Assembly (NCBI GenBank): GCA_009842325.1
Contig: VYFQ01000014.1
Span: 194,026-258,025, forward strand
Reading direction: 5' to 3'
DNA from: Acidimicrobiaceae bacterium
Lineage (GTDB): Bacteria; Actinomycetota; Acidimicrobiia; Acidimicrobiales; Aldehydirespiratoraceae
Length of the DNA: 64,000 nucleotides
A model generated the notes under the pieces. It was given only the letters and a program-made list of their open reading frames with translations. It was not told the DNA's origin and did not search any database. Of this stretch, positions 16,676 through 26,634 are shown in pieces. The first letter of the stretch is position 1, and every line of letters begins with the position of its first letter. The translations under genes were made by a program, and so were the position numbers.

Positions 16676-18409
16676 CTAGGTTCGTGCCGGGGCGGCCTCC
16701 ACGGCGGCGTCGGCGGCCTGGCGGGCGTGGTAGCTGGAACGGGTCAGGGGCGAGGCCTCTACATGGCGGATGCCCATCGACTCGCCGATCTCCTTCCATC
16801 GCTCGAACGCCTCCGGCGGCCACCAGCGATCAACCGGAAGATGGCGTGCGCTGGGACGCAGGTACTGGCCGATGGTCACGATTTCGGTTCCGGCTGCATG
16901 CAGGTCCGCCAGGGTCTGGACCACCTCGTCGTGGGTCTCGCCCATGCCCGCGATGATTGACGACTTGGTGGTCAGTCCCTCCGCCTTCGCCCTGGCCAAC
17001 ACCGCCAGGCTGCGGGCATAGCCGGCTGACGGGCGTACCGCTCGCTGGAGCCGGGCAACGGTCTCGATGTTGTGGTTGAGCACGTCGGGACGTGCATCGA
17101 ACACCGTCTGGAGGGCGGCCGCTTCACCACCGAGGTCGCTTATCAGCGTCTCGACACGGGCCGCAGGCAGGCGATGCCGGACCGCGGCCACCGTGTCGGC
17201 CACGACGGTTGCTCCCCCGTCGGCCAGATCATCGCGGGCCACCATGGTCACCACCACGTGCTCGAGGCCCATCCGGACGGCCGCCTCAGCCACCCGCTCC
17301 GGCTCCTCCGAGTCCACCGGACCGGGGCGGCGGGTGTCGACCAGGCAGAAACCGCAGGCCCGGGTGCAGCGCTCGCCGAGAATCATGAAGGTCGCGGTGC
17401 CGTCGTTCCAGCACTCGGAGATGTTGGGGCAGCCGGCCTCCTCGCAGACGGTCACCAGGTCGAGACCACGCAGCGTCGAGCGGACCTCGTGGAACGTCGG
17501 CCCGGTGCTGAGCGGCACCCGCATCCATTCCGGCTTGCGTGACCGCAGCGGCACCGGCTCGTGGCTCTCGCCGTCCAGCCGGGCAGCCTCCAGCCGGCCC
17601 AGCAGGCGCAGCGACACTCCCTCGGCCGCGGCTCCGGCCTCGGGGCTGCCGTCCGTCGCCGTTTCGGCATCCGCCGAGCCGTTCGCCGCGTCCCGGGTGA
17701 ACCGGGCCATGTCCGCAGGAGCCACCCGGTGGGCGACATCGGCCCGGTCGATGCGGCCGTGCGCGCCCCATGTCCCAGCAGCCCGTTGCGCCACGAGGTC
17801 CACGACCTGTTGCATCGACACGCCGATGCCCTCGGCCGCCAACGATGTCACTCCCAGGCCGGTGATCCCGCAGGGCACGATCCGAGCGAACCACTCCAGG
17901 TCGGGATCGACGTTGAGCGCGAAGCCGTGCATGGAGCGGGCCCGCGACAGCCTCACGCCGATGGCGGCAATCTTCCGGGGCCGCAGCCCCTCGGGGTCGA
18001 CCCACACCCCGGTGTGACGCTCGAGACGTCCCGCCTCGAGCCCCAGATCGGCTAGGACGTCGATCAACAGCTGCTCCACGCCGCTCACGTAAGCGGCGGT
18101 GTCCGCCATCCCGCCGCCGCGCCGGCCGGGCACGGTGAGAATCGGATAGCCCACCAGTTGCCCGGGTCCGTGGTAGGTGACCTCGCCGCCCCGGTCGGTC
18201 TCCACCACCGAGCCGCCCAGCGCCTCGACGTCGACCAGCAGGTGCTCGCGCCGGCCCCGGCGGCCCAGGGTCACCACATGGGGATGCTCGAGCAGGAGAA
18301 GGTGGTCGTCGGAGGAGTGGCCGTGAAGGCGGCGTTGGAGTGCCAGGGCATCGTCGTAGGCCACACGGCCGAGCCAGCGGATCCGCAGGACGGGCCGGTC
18401 AGTGGCCAC
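16676..18409 (-). CDS. Fused octanoyltransferase LipB (N-terminal) and lipoyl synthase LipA (C-terminal)
   Basis: N-terminus is LLLLEHPHVVTLGRRG...KIAAIGVR. An Ala/Gly/Glu-rich linker follows. C-terminus has CEEAGCPNISECW and the radical-SAM motif CTRACGFC. There is no stop codon between the two halves. Confidence 0.8.
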   Translation of the reverse strand: MATDRPVLRIRWLGRVAYDDALALQRRLHGHSSDDHLLLLEHPHVVTLGRRGRREHLLVDVEALGGSVVETDRGGEVTYHGPGQLVGYPILTVPGRRGGGMADTAAYVSGVEQLLIDVLADLGLEAGRLERHTGVWVDPEGLRPRKIAAIGVRLSRARSMHGFALNVDPDLEWFARIVPCGITGLGVTSLAAEGIGVSMQQVVDLVAQRAAGTWGAHGRIDRADVAHRVAPADMARFTRDAANGSADAETATDGSPEAGAAAEGVSLRLLGRLEAARLDGESHEPVPLRSRKPEWMRVPLSTGPTFHEVRSTLRGLDLVTVCEEAGCPNISECWNDGTATFMILGERCTRACGFCLVDTRRPGPVDSEEPERVAEAAVRMGLEHVVVTMVARDDLADGGATVVADTVAAVRHRLPAARVETLISDLGGEAAALQTVFDARPDVLNHNIETVARLQRAVRPSAGYARSLAVLARAKAEGLTTKSSIIAGMGETHDEVVQTLADLHAAGTEIVTIGQYLRPSARHLPVDRWWPPEAFERWKEIGESMGIRHVEASPLTRSSYHARQAADAAVEAAPART

Positions 18410-18420
18410 CAGCGACGAGC

Positions 18421-19875
18421 TCAGCGGATCTCAGCCTCCCAGTCGCGGGTCTCGATGATCTCCTTGGTCCGGTGGAGGAACGCAGCCGCGTAGGCGCCGT
18501 CGAACGCTCGGTGGTCCCAGGCCATGGCCAGCACGCCCATCGAGTGGATGGCGATGGACTCGTTGCCATAGGTGTCGGTCACCACCACCGGCTTGCGGGA
18601 GACGCCGTCGGTGCTCAGGATGGCCACCTGGGGCTGGTTGATGATCGGGAACTGCATCATCGTCCCGTACTGGCCGGCGTTGGTGAGCGTGAACGTGCCC
18701 CCGGCCAGGTCGTCGGGTCCGAGCTTGCGGCTGCGGGCCCGGTTGGCCAGATCCACGATGTCCCGGGCGATCTGGCGGAGGCGCTTGCCCTCGGCACTGT
18801 GGATCACCGGAGCCAGCAGCCCTTGGAAGTCGATGTCCACTGCGACGGCCAGGTTGACGCCGGCGTGGACCACCAGTTCGTCCCCTCCGAAGCTGGCATT
18901 GAGATGCGGGTAGTCGCGCAGAGCGTCGACCACGGCCCTGGCGATGAATGGCAGGTAGGTGAGGCTGAAGCCCTCCTCCGCCTTCCACGCCTGCTTGGCG
19001 GCCCGGCGGACCTTCTCCACTCCCTCGTAGTCGACCTCTATGGCGGTGAGGACGTGAGGCGATGTCTGCTTGGACATCACCATGTGCTCTGCGGTACGCC
19101 GCCGGATGTTGTTGAGGGGCACCACGCTGTCGCCGCTGCGGACAACGACTGAAGGCACCGCTGATCGTCTGGCCCGGCGTGAGCGCTTGGGTTCCTCAGG
19201 GGCGGCAGCCGGAGGCGGGGGCTCAGCCTCAGCGGCAGCCGGATCCTCAGCGGCCACCGGAGCCTCAGCGGCTACCGGAGCCTCAGCCGAGGCGCGGGCC
19301 CTTATGGCTTGCTCGACATCGGCGCGGGTGATGCGGCCGCCGAGGCCGGTGCCGGTCAGCAAGGACGGATCGAGGTTGTTCTCGCTGATCAGGCGGCGCA
19401 CCACCGGCGACAGCACGATCCCCGCCGCCCGGAACGCCCCGGCGGACTTCGGCTCCTCCGGCTCGGATGGCGTCTCAGCCGCTTCGGGCGGCGGTTCGGG
19501 AGCGGCAGGCGGCTCCACCACCTCCTGCACCGGCTCAGCAGCAGGCGGCTCCACCACCTCCTGCACCGGCTCAGCAGCAGGCGGCTCCACCACCTCCTGC
19601 ACCGGCTCAGCAGCAGGCGGCTCGGCGGGCGGTGCTTCTCCCGCCTTGCCGACGCGGGCCAGGACCTGCCCGACCTCCACTAGGTCACCCTCATTGGCGA
19701 GGATCTCTGACAGCACTCCCGCCACCGGGGACGGCACCTCGGTGTCGACCTTGTCGGTGGAGACCTCGAAGAGCGCCTCGTCAAGGGCGACCTCCTCACC
19801 TACATGCTTGAACCATCGGGTGATGGTCCCCTCGGTGACCGTCTCTCCCAGCTGGGGCATCATGATGTCGGCCAT
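18421..19875 (-). CDS. sucB: Dihydrolipoamide acyltransferase, E2 of a 2-oxoacid dehydrogenase complex
   Basis: One lipoyl domain (EVSTDKVDTEVPSP), a PSBD (LSPVVRRLISENNLD...GTGLGGRITRADV) and a catalytic domain (AWDHRAFDGA). The symbol is by convention; it may act as the PDH E2 (DlaT-like). Confidence 0.9.
   Translation of the reverse strand: MADIMMPQLGETVTEGTITRWFKHVGEEVALDEALFEVSTDKVDTEVPSPVAGVLSEILANEGDLVEVGQVLARVGKAGEAPPAEPPAAEPVQEVVEPPAAEPVQEVVEPPAAEPVQEVVEPPAAPEPPPEAAETPSEPEEPKSAGAFRAAGIVLSPVVRRLISENNLDPSLLTGTGLGGRITRADVEQAIRARASAEAPVAAEAPVAAEDPAAAEAEPPPPAAAPEEPKRSRRARRSAVPSVVVRSGDSVVPLNNIRRRTAEHMVMSKQTSPHVLTAIEVDYEGVEKVRRAAKQAWKAEEGFSLTYLPFIARAVVDALRDYPHLNASFGGDELVVHAGVNLAVAVDIDFQGLLAPVIHSAEGKRLRQIARDIVDLANRARSRKLGPDDLAGGTFTLTNAGQYGTMMQFPIINQPQVAILSTDGVSRKPVVVTDTYGNESIAIHSMGVLAMAWDHRAFDGAYAAAFLHRTKEIIETRDWEAEIR
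19505..19623. repeat. Perfect 36 bp tandem repeat, about 3.3 copies, inside the E2 linker
   Basis: The unit gcaggcggctccaccacctcctgcaccggctcagca is repeated head to tail. It encodes (EPPAAEPVQEVV)n. Confidence 0.9.
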
Positions 19876-19884
19876 CAGCAGTCC

Positions 19885-21294
19885 TTACCCGTGGAGCGAG
19901 CGGCCCGTCAGCGACAGGATCGTCTCGCCGAACAGCTCGCTCATGGTTGGATGGGGTTGTATCAGACGGGCGACATCGTCGACCGTCGCTTCCCAGTTCA
20001 CCGCGAAGTAGGCCTGGCCCAACTGCTCGGTCACCCATGGCCCCGCCATGTGAACCCCGAGGATGCGGCCGCCGGTGCCGTCGGCCTGCTTCTCGGCGAC
20101 CACCTTCACCAGGCCCTCGGTCTCGCCCAAGATCTGGGCCCGGCCGTTGGCCATGTAGCGGTGCATCGAGGTCACCACTTCGAATCCCGCGTCGATCGCG
20201 CTCTGCTCGGTGTGCCCGGCGAAGGCCACCTCGGGGTGGCAGTAGATGCACCAGGGCGTGCCGTGGTAGTCGAGGGGGTCGGGGTCCTCGCCCAGGATGT
20301 CGCAGATGGCGAGCATGCCCTCGGCGAAGGCGGTGTGGGCCAGCTGCGGGCTGTCGACCACGTCGCCCACGGCCCACACGCCCACGGCGGTCGTGCGGCA
20401 GCGGCCGTCGACCGCCACGAAGCCGCGGTCGTCCAGCTCAACTCCGGCGGCGTCGAGTCCCAGGTTCTCCGTGCGGGGCCGGCGGCCCACAGCCACCACG
20501 ACCATCTCCACGTCGACCTGCTTGCCCTCCCCGAAGGAGACCACGGTGCCGGAGCGGTCCGGGCGAGGCTCATGACCGTGCACCGTCACGCCGGTGTGCA
20601 CCTCGATTCCCCGCTTGCGGAACGACCGCCTCACTACCTTGGCCACCTCAACGTCGCAGCCGGTTAGGATGTCGGAAAGGGCCTCCAGAACAGTGACCTC
20701 GGTTCCCAGGTCGCCCATCATCGACGCGAATTCGCAGCCGATTGCGCCGCCGCCGATCACCGCGGCCGATGAGGGCAGCCGGCCGATCGAGAACAGCTCG
20801 TCGGAGGTGACCACCAGCTCACCGTCGATGTCGAAGCCCCCGATGGTCCGGGGCGTAGACCCCGAGGCCAGGATGATCGAACCTCCGGACAGCGTGCGCT
20901 CGGAGCCGTCGGCCGCGGCCGCCAGAACCGTGCCGGACGGGCCGAGGGAGCCGATGCCCTCGTAGATGGTCACCTTGCGCTGCTTCAGCACCGACGACAG
21001 CCCCGCCATCATCTTGTCGATGACTTGCTGCTTGCGGTCCAGCACTGTGGTCCAGTCGAGGCTGGGATCGCCGGCGCCCACCCCGAACTCGGACGCCCTG
21101 GCCACCGTGCGGTACACCGAGGCGGCCTCCAGGAGCTCCTTGGCCGGGATGCAGCCGACGTGCAGGCAGGTGCCGCCCACCTTGCTCTTCTCGACCACGG
21201 CGATGTCGAGGCCCGCGCTGGCGCCGTACAGGGCTGCGGCATAGCCGCCCGGCCCGCCGCCGATGACGATCACGTCGTGTGCTGCGTCGCTCAC
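19885..21294 (-). CDS. lpdA: Dihydrolipoyl dehydrogenase (E3)
   Basis: VIVIGGGPGGYAAAL, GGTCLHVGCIPAK redox disulfide, C-terminal HPTMSE. Confidence 0.9.
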   Translation of the reverse strand: MSDAAHDVIVIGGGPGGYAAALYGASAGLDIAVVEKSKVGGTCLHVGCIPAKELLEAASVYRTVARASEFGVGAGDPSLDWTTVLDRKQQVIDKMMAGLSSVLKQRKVTIYEGIGSLGPSGTVLAAAADGSERTLSGGSIILASGSTPRTIGGFDIDGELVVTSDELFSIGRLPSSAAVIGGGAIGCEFASMMGDLGTEVTVLEALSDILTGCDVEVAKVVRRSFRKRGIEVHTGVTVHGHEPRPDRSGTVVSFGEGKQVDVEMVVVAVGRRPRTENLGLDAAGVELDDRGFVAVDGRCRTTAVGVWAVGDVVDSPQLAHTAFAEGMLAICDILGEDPDPLDYHGTPWCIYCHPEVAFAGHTEQSAIDAGFEVVTSMHRYMANGRAQILGETEGLVKVVAEKQADGTGGRILGVHMAGPWVTEQLGQAYFAVNWEATVDDVARLIQPHPTMSELFGETILSLTGRSLHG

Positions 21295-21339
21295 AAGGCC
21301 TCCCGGATGATGGCGCGACCCTACCGGTTCCTACCGGCT

Positions 21340-21441
21340 TCAGAACCAGCCGAACCTGCCCGACAGCACCTGGACGGTGAAGGCCACCAGGATGGCGAGA
21401 CCGCACAGCAGCGCGGCGAGAATCAGCCTGCGGGTGCTCAC
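21340..21441 (-). CDS. Possible 33-aa single-helix membrane peptide, translationally coupled (GTGA) to the upstream gene
   Basis: (M)STRRLILAALLCGLAILVAFTVQVLSGRFGWF. The GTG at 21441 overlaps the TGA at 21440-21438. Confidence 0.25.
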   Translation of the reverse strand: MSTRRLILAALLCGLAILVAFTVQVLSGRFGWF

Positions 21442-21767
21442 TTCGAGCGGCGGCGACGGCGGCGACGGCGCCGGCCGACCACCCAGCCGAGGACCTCGGT
21501 CAGCACTGCTCCGGCTACGGCGGCCACGATGATCACCGCCCATAGAGGGCCGTTCACCTCAACGAACCACCAGGTGACCGGCACCTCGCGGTCGTTCTGG
21601 ACAACGAAGACGATCAGGGCCGCCGCAACCAGCAGCGCGAGGACCACCCCGGGCCGGATCGACCACTTCCGTGCCGCAGGCGTGGTGCTGCGGCTACCGG
21701 TGTCGGAGGCGCCGGCCTGTCCGGCGTCGAAGGCTCCGGGGTCCGGGGGTGTCAGGTCTTCATCCAC
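21438..21767 (-). CDS. LapA-domain (DUF1049-like) small membrane protein with a poly-Arg tail
   Basis: VVLALLVAAALIVFVVQNDREVPVTWWF...GPLWAVIIVAAVAGAVL...RRRRRRRRR. Confidence 0.5.
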   Translation of the reverse strand: MDEDLTPPDPGAFDAGQAGASDTGSRSTTPAARKWSIRPGVVLALLVAAALIVFVVQNDREVPVTWWFVEVNGPLWAVIIVAAVAGAVLTEVLGWVVGRRRRRRRRRSK

Positions 21768-21829
21768 ATCAGCCCTCGATCTCTCCGGCCGGGCCGCGGG
21801 GATGCTAGACCAACCGCAGTGATGCGACC

Positions 21830-22741
21830 ATGCTCGTAGCGGTGACGGGCTCCACCGGGCTCATCGGCCGGGCCCTGGTCGAACGTCTGACTTCCGACGG
21901 ACACCAGACCGTGAGGGTGGTGAGGTCGGCTGGCGCGGCCGGTCAGCAGGGATCCACCGTGAACTGGGATCCCGAGGTCGACCAGATCGAGGGCGAAGCC
22001 TTGGAGGGCGTTGACGCAGTGGTGCATCTGGCCGGCGAGCCGATCGCTGCCCGACGCTGGTCCTCCTCTCAGAAGCGACGCATCGCCGACAGCCGGACGC
22101 GGGGCACAGCCCTGCTGGCCGGCGCGCTGTCCCGTCTCGACGCGCCGCCGAGCGTGCTCGTGTCGGCGTCGGCCATCGGCTACTACGGCGACCGGGGCGA
22201 CGAGCGCCTCGACGAGTCGTCCAGCGGCGGGCGCGACTTCCTGGCCCAGGTGTGCCGAGACTGGGAGGCGGCCGCGGACCCGGCCCGCGATGCCGGCATC
22301 CGGGTTGCCCACCCCCGCACCGGCGTCGTGCTGAGCCGGTCGGGGGGTGCGCTGGCCGAGATGCTCCCCTTCTTCAGGCTGGGCATCGGGGGCCGCATCG
22401 GAAACGGCCGCCAATGGATGAGCTGGATCACGCTGCAAGACGAGGTCGAGGCCCTGCTATGGCTGCTGACCGCGGATGTGGAGGGGCCGGTGAACCTCAC
22501 CGCGCCCGAGCCGGTCACCAACCGCCACTTGACCGCGGCTCTGGGGCGGGCACTGCGCCGCCCGACGCTGCTGCCCACACCCAAGCCCGCCCTGTGGACC
22601 CGCCTGGGTCGCGAGCTCACCGAGGCCTTGCTCTACAGCAGTGCCCGGGTGGAACCCACCCTGCTGCTGCGCCGCGGGTTCCGGTTCACCCATCCCGACA
22701 TCGCCACCGCTCTCGACGAGGTACTAGCCCGGCATCCCTAG
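21830..22741 (+). CDS. TIGR01777-type SDR/epimerase-family protein (YfcH-like)
   Basis: MLVAVTGSTGLIGRALV Rossmann motif and a C-terminal DUF1731-like region. Confidence 0.7.
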   Translation: MLVAVTGSTGLIGRALVERLTSDGHQTVRVVRSAGAAGQQGSTVNWDPEVDQIEGEALEGVDAVVHLAGEPIAARRWSSSQKRRIADSRTRGTALLAGALSRLDAPPSVLVSASAIGYYGDRGDERLDESSSGGRDFLAQVCRDWEAAADPARDAGIRVAHPRTGVVLSRSGGALAEMLPFFRLGIGGRIGNGRQWMSWITLQDEVEALLWLLTADVEGPVNLTAPEPVTNRHLTAALGRALRRPTLLPTPKPALWTRLGRELTEALLYSSARVEPTLLLRRGFRFTHPDIATALDEVLARHP

Positions 22742-23265
22742 GGGCCGCGGCGGGAAACCTGGTCGGTGGCCGCGCCGACCGCAAGTTGGTCCACGATCTC
22801 GTTCCACTCGTTGCCGGAGTGGCCCTTGACCCAGTGGAACGAGATCTCGTCGGCCCGGGACAGGTAGAGCTCGATGAGCGGTTCCCAGAGGTCGCGGTTG
22901 GCTACCGGCTTCTTGTTGGCGTTTCGCCAGCCTCGCCGCTGCCATCCCTCGTACCACCGGTCGCGGAAGCAGTGGACGACGTAGGTGGAGTCCGACACCA
23001 CCTCGACCGGTCCGTCCAACTCCCGCAGCGCCTCCAGTACCGCCTGCAACTCCATTCGCTGGTTGGTGGTGTGCGGGTCGGGGCCGCAGGCCCAGGCGCC
23101 GCCGGGCACGGCCCATGCCCAGCCCCCAGGTCCAGGATTGCCCAGGCAGGCGCCGTCGGTGTACACGACTGTGGGCTCCGCGACGGTTCCGGCTGCGGGT
23201 TCGGCAGCAGAGTCGGCGGCTAGTCCGGGAAGGGGTTCGGCTACCACGCCCTGATGGTCGCGCAT
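22738..23265 (-). CDS. rnhA: Ribonuclease HI
   Basis: VVYTDGACLGNPGPGGWA, TNQRMELQAVLEAL, WVKGHSGNEWNEIVDQLA. Start placed at ATG 23265 to avoid overlap with aceE. Confidence 0.85.
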   Translation of the reverse strand: MRDHQGVVAEPLPGLAADSAAEPAAGTVAEPTVVYTDGACLGNPGPGGWAWAVPGGAWACGPDPHTTNQRMELQAVLEALRELDGPVEVVSDSTYVVHCFRDRWYEGWQRRGWRNANKKPVANRDLWEPLIELYLSRADEISFHWVKGHSGNEWNEIVDQLAVGAATDQVSRRGP

Positions 23266-23284
23266 CGGTGCTGCGAGGTCGCGA

Positions 23285-26047
23285 ATGCATCCTTTGCTGC
23301 CATCATGGAGGGCAGTGGCCGACAACTTCCTGCGCCAACTTCCGGACATCGACCCAGCCGAGACCCAGGAATGGATCGACTCGCTCGACGCCATCATCGC
23401 GGCCGGCGGCCGGGAGCGGGCCCGCTACATCGTGGCCAAGCTCCTGGAACGCTCCAACGAGCAGCGGGTGGGGGTGCCACCGACCACGTCCACGCCCTAC
23501 ATCAACACCATCCCCGCCTCCGAGCAGCCCTTCTTCCCCGGCAACGAGCAGGTCGAGCGGCGCATCCGCCGCTTCATCCGCTGGAACGCGGCCGCCATGG
23601 TCATCCGGGCCAACAAGACAGCTGACGGGATCGGCGGCCACCTGTCCACGTTCGCCTCGTCGGCCTCGCTGTACGAGGTGGGCTTCAACCACTTCTTCAA
23701 GGGAAAGGACGACGGCCTGGTCGGCGATCACATCTACTTCCAGGGCCACGCCGCTCCCGGCGTGTACGCCCGGGCCTACCTCGAGGGCCGGCTGAGCGAG
23801 CAGGAACTGGACAACTTCCGGATGGAGGTCGGCGGCAACGGGTTGTCGGGCTACCCCCACCCGCGGCTCATGCCCGACTTCTGGGAGTACCCGACCGTCT
23901 CGATGGGCCTCGGGCCGATCAACTCCATCTACCACGCCCGCTTCAACCGGTACATGCACAACCGCCGCATCGACGACACCGCCCAAAGCACGGTGTGGTG
24001 CTTCCTGGGCGACGGCGAGTGCGACGAGCCCGAGACCCTGGGGGCCATCGCCCTGGCCGGCCGCAACGACCTCGACAACCTGAAATGGGTGGTCAACTGC
24101 AACCTCCAGCGCCTCGACGGCCCGGTGCGGGGCAACGGCAAGATCATCCAGGAACTCGAGGGCGTGTTCCGCGGCGCCGGCTGGAACGTCATCAAGGTGA
24201 TCTGGGGCACCAGGTGGGACGAGCTGCTGATGCGCGACACCGACGGGGCCCTGCTCAACAAGATGGCGACCACCGTCGACGGCGAGTACCAGCGCTACGC
24301 GGTGGAGACGGGCGCCTACATCCGGGAGCACTTCTTCGGACCCGACCCCCGGCTGCGCAAGCTCGTTACACACCTCAGCGACGAGGACCTGCGGGTCCTG
24401 CCCCGGGGAGGCCACGACTACCAGAAGGTGTACGCCGCGTTCAAAGCCGCCACCGAGGTCAAGGGCCAGCCCACGGTAATCCTGGCCAAGACCATCAAGG
24501 GGTGGACCCTCGGCGAGGGCTTCGAGGGCCGCAACGCCACCCACCAGATAAAGAAGATGACCACCACGCAGCTGATGGAACTCCGCTCGCGGCTGCACAT
24601 GGAGAACGAGATCGACGAAGCAGACCTCGCCGACGGGATCCCGCCCTACTACCGGCCGCCCGCCGACTCGGAGGAGATCCGCTACATGATGGACCGCCGC
24701 CGCGCCCTCGACGGGGCCGTGCCGCGGCGGGTGGTGCGGGACCGCCGCCCCATCACGCTCCCCGCCGACGGACCCTTCATCGACATGCGCAAGGGCTCGG
24801 GCGGGCGCGAGGTCTCCACCACGATGGCATTCACGGCCCTGCTGCGCGATCTGATGCGGGACCAGCACTTCGGCCGGCGGGTAGTGCCCATCGTTCCCGA
24901 CGAGGCCCGCACGTTCGGCATGGACTCGCTGTTCCGGGAGTTCCGCATCTACGCGCCCCACGGCCAGCTCTACGAGCCGGTGGACCATGACCTGCTGCTG
25001 AGCTACAGCGAGTCGACCGACGGCCAGATCCTCGAGGAGGGCATCACCGAGTGCGGCTCCCTGGCCAGCTGGCTGGCCGCGGCCACCTCCTACGCCAACC
25101 TCGGCGTGCCCATGGTGCCGTTCTACGCCTTCTACTCCATGTTCGGCTTCCAGCGGGTGGGCGACTCGATCTGGGCCGCAGCCGACGCCCGGGCCCGGGG
25201 ATTCCTCATCGGCGCGACCGCGGGGCGCACGACGCTGCTGGGCGAGGGGCTCCAGCACCAGGACGGCCACAGCCATGTGCTGGCCTCGACGGTGCCGCCC
25301 TGCGAGTCCTACGACCCGGCCTTCGCCTACGAGTTGGGGGCCATCGTCGACGAGGGCTTGCACCGGATGTACCCGCCGGACACCGCCGACGGCAGCGACG
25401 TCTTCTACTACATCACCATCTACAACGAGAACTACGAGCAGCCGCCCCGTCCCGACCACGTGACCGACTCCGACATCACCGGCGGCCTGTACAAGTTCGA
25501 CGACGGCCCGGGGAGCCGCAAACGCTCGGCCACCATCCTGTTCTCGGGAGCGTCGGTGGGAGCCGCGCTCGAGGCTCAGGCGCTGCTGGCCGAGCATCAC
25601 GACACGTCGGCCGAGCTGTGGAGCGCAACCTCCTACCAGCGGCTGCGGCGCGAAGCCCTCGACGTCGAGCGCCGCAACCGGCTGCATCCCACCGACGAGC
25701 CCGCCGTTCCGCTGGTCACCCGGCGACTGTCCGACTCCGACGGCCCGATCGTGGCCGTGACCGACTTCATGACCCTGGTCCCCGACCAGATCGCCCGCTT
25801 CACTCCGAGGCCGCTGCACGTGCTGGGCACCGACGGGTTCGGCCGCTCCGACACCCGCGAGGCGCTGCGGCGATTCTTCGAGGTGGACGGGGTCCACATC
25901 GTGCTTGCCGTGCTGTCGGCATTGATGGAATCGGGCGAGGCGTCAGCGGACGAGGTCGCGGCCGCCATCGACCGGTACGGCATCGACGTCGACCGCGACG
26001 ACCCCGGCCATCCCGACACCGGCGCACGGCTATCCTCAGACGGGTGA
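23285..26047 (+). CDS. aceE: Pyruvate dehydrogenase E1 component, homodimeric type
   Basis: 920 aa. LPDIDPAETQEWIDSLD N-terminus, GHLSTFASSASLYEVGFNHFF, GDGECDEPE. Confidence 0.9.
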   Translation: MHPLLPSWRAVADNFLRQLPDIDPAETQEWIDSLDAIIAAGGRERARYIVAKLLERSNEQRVGVPPTTSTPYINTIPASEQPFFPGNEQVERRIRRFIRWNAAAMVIRANKTADGIGGHLSTFASSASLYEVGFNHFFKGKDDGLVGDHIYFQGHAAPGVYARAYLEGRLSEQELDNFRMEVGGNGLSGYPHPRLMPDFWEYPTVSMGLGPINSIYHARFNRYMHNRRIDDTAQSTVWCFLGDGECDEPETLGAIALAGRNDLDNLKWVVNCNLQRLDGPVRGNGKIIQELEGVFRGAGWNVIKVIWGTRWDELLMRDTDGALLNKMATTVDGEYQRYAVETGAYIREHFFGPDPRLRKLVTHLSDEDLRVLPRGGHDYQKVYAAFKAATEVKGQPTVILAKTIKGWTLGEGFEGRNATHQIKKMTTTQLMELRSRLHMENEIDEADLADGIPPYYRPPADSEEIRYMMDRRRALDGAVPRRVVRDRRPITLPADGPFIDMRKGSGGREVSTTMAFTALLRDLMRDQHFGRRVVPIVPDEARTFGMDSLFREFRIYAPHGQLYEPVDHDLLLSYSESTDGQILEEGITECGSLASWLAAATSYANLGVPMVPFYAFYSMFGFQRVGDSIWAAADARARGFLIGATAGRTTLLGEGLQHQDGHSHVLASTVPPCESYDPAFAYELGAIVDEGLHRMYPPDTADGSDVFYYITIYNENYEQPPRPDHVTDSDITGGLYKFDDGPGSRKRSATILFSGASVGAALEAQALLAEHHDTSAELWSATSYQRLRREALDVERRNRLHPTDEPAVPLVTRRLSDSDGPIVAVTDFMTLVPDQIARFTPRPLHVLGTDGFGRSDTREALRRFFEVDGVHIVLAVLSALMESGEASADEVAAAIDRYGIDVDRDDPGHPDTGARLSSDG

Positions 26048-26634
26048 AGCAGGTCGGGACGGGCACTCTGGCGGTCACGGGCGACGACGCTGCTGACCGC
26101 CTGCTCAACACCGATCCCCTGGCTCTGCTCTTGGGGATGCTGCTCGACCAGCAGATCCCCCTGGAGTGGGCCTTCATGGGGCCTCATCGCCTGGTCGAGC
26201 GGCTGGGTGCCGAACTGGACGCGGTGGACATCTCCGAGCGGGACCCCGACGAGTTTTCCGCCCTGGTCAGGGCTAAGCCGGCGCTGCACCGGTTTCCGAG
26301 CTCGATGGCCAAACGGATGCAGGCCCTATGCCGGCATGTCGCTGATCACTACGACGGCGACGCCGGGGCGGTCTGGAACGCGGCGGCGAGCGGCGAGGAT
26401 CTCTTCCGGCGATTGCGGGACCTGCCCGGCTACGGCGACGAGAAGGCTCGGATCCTGACCGCCGTCCTCGCCAAGCGCTTCGGCGTCCGTCCCGACGGCT
26501 GGGAGGCGCAGGCCGGAGCCTTCGCCGACGGCGAGCCGCGATCGGTAGCCGACATCGACAGCCCGGAAGCGCTACAACGTGTGCGGGCATGGAAGAAAGA
26601 GCAGAAGGCCCTTGGCAAGAGGAAGGACGAATGA
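26044..26634 (+). CDS. HhH-GPD-type base-excision-repair-like protein
   Basis: The GTG at 26044 overlaps the aceE stop. LLGMLLDQQIPLEWAF...LPGYGDEKARIL. Confidence 0.55.
   Translation: MKQVGTGTLAVTGDDAADRLLNTDPLALLLGMLLDQQIPLEWAFMGPHRLVERLGAELDAVDISERDPDEFSALVRAKPALHRFPSSMAKRMQALCRHVADHYDGDAGAVWNAAASGEDLFRRLRDLPGYGDEKARILTAVLAKRFGVRPDGWEAQAGAFADGEPRSVADIDSPEALQRVRAWKKEQKALGKRKDE

Noticed and set aside
19505-19623. Possible CRISPR array; also considered for the repeats at 27843-27968 and 54903-54970
   Set aside because: The units are directly adjacent with no unique spacers. Two of them are in-frame coding repeats. No cas genes are in the window.
23303-25897. 864-aa minus-strand ORF antisense to aceE
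   Set aside because: Shadow ORF. The plus frame is an unmistakable full-length pyruvate dehydrogenase E1.
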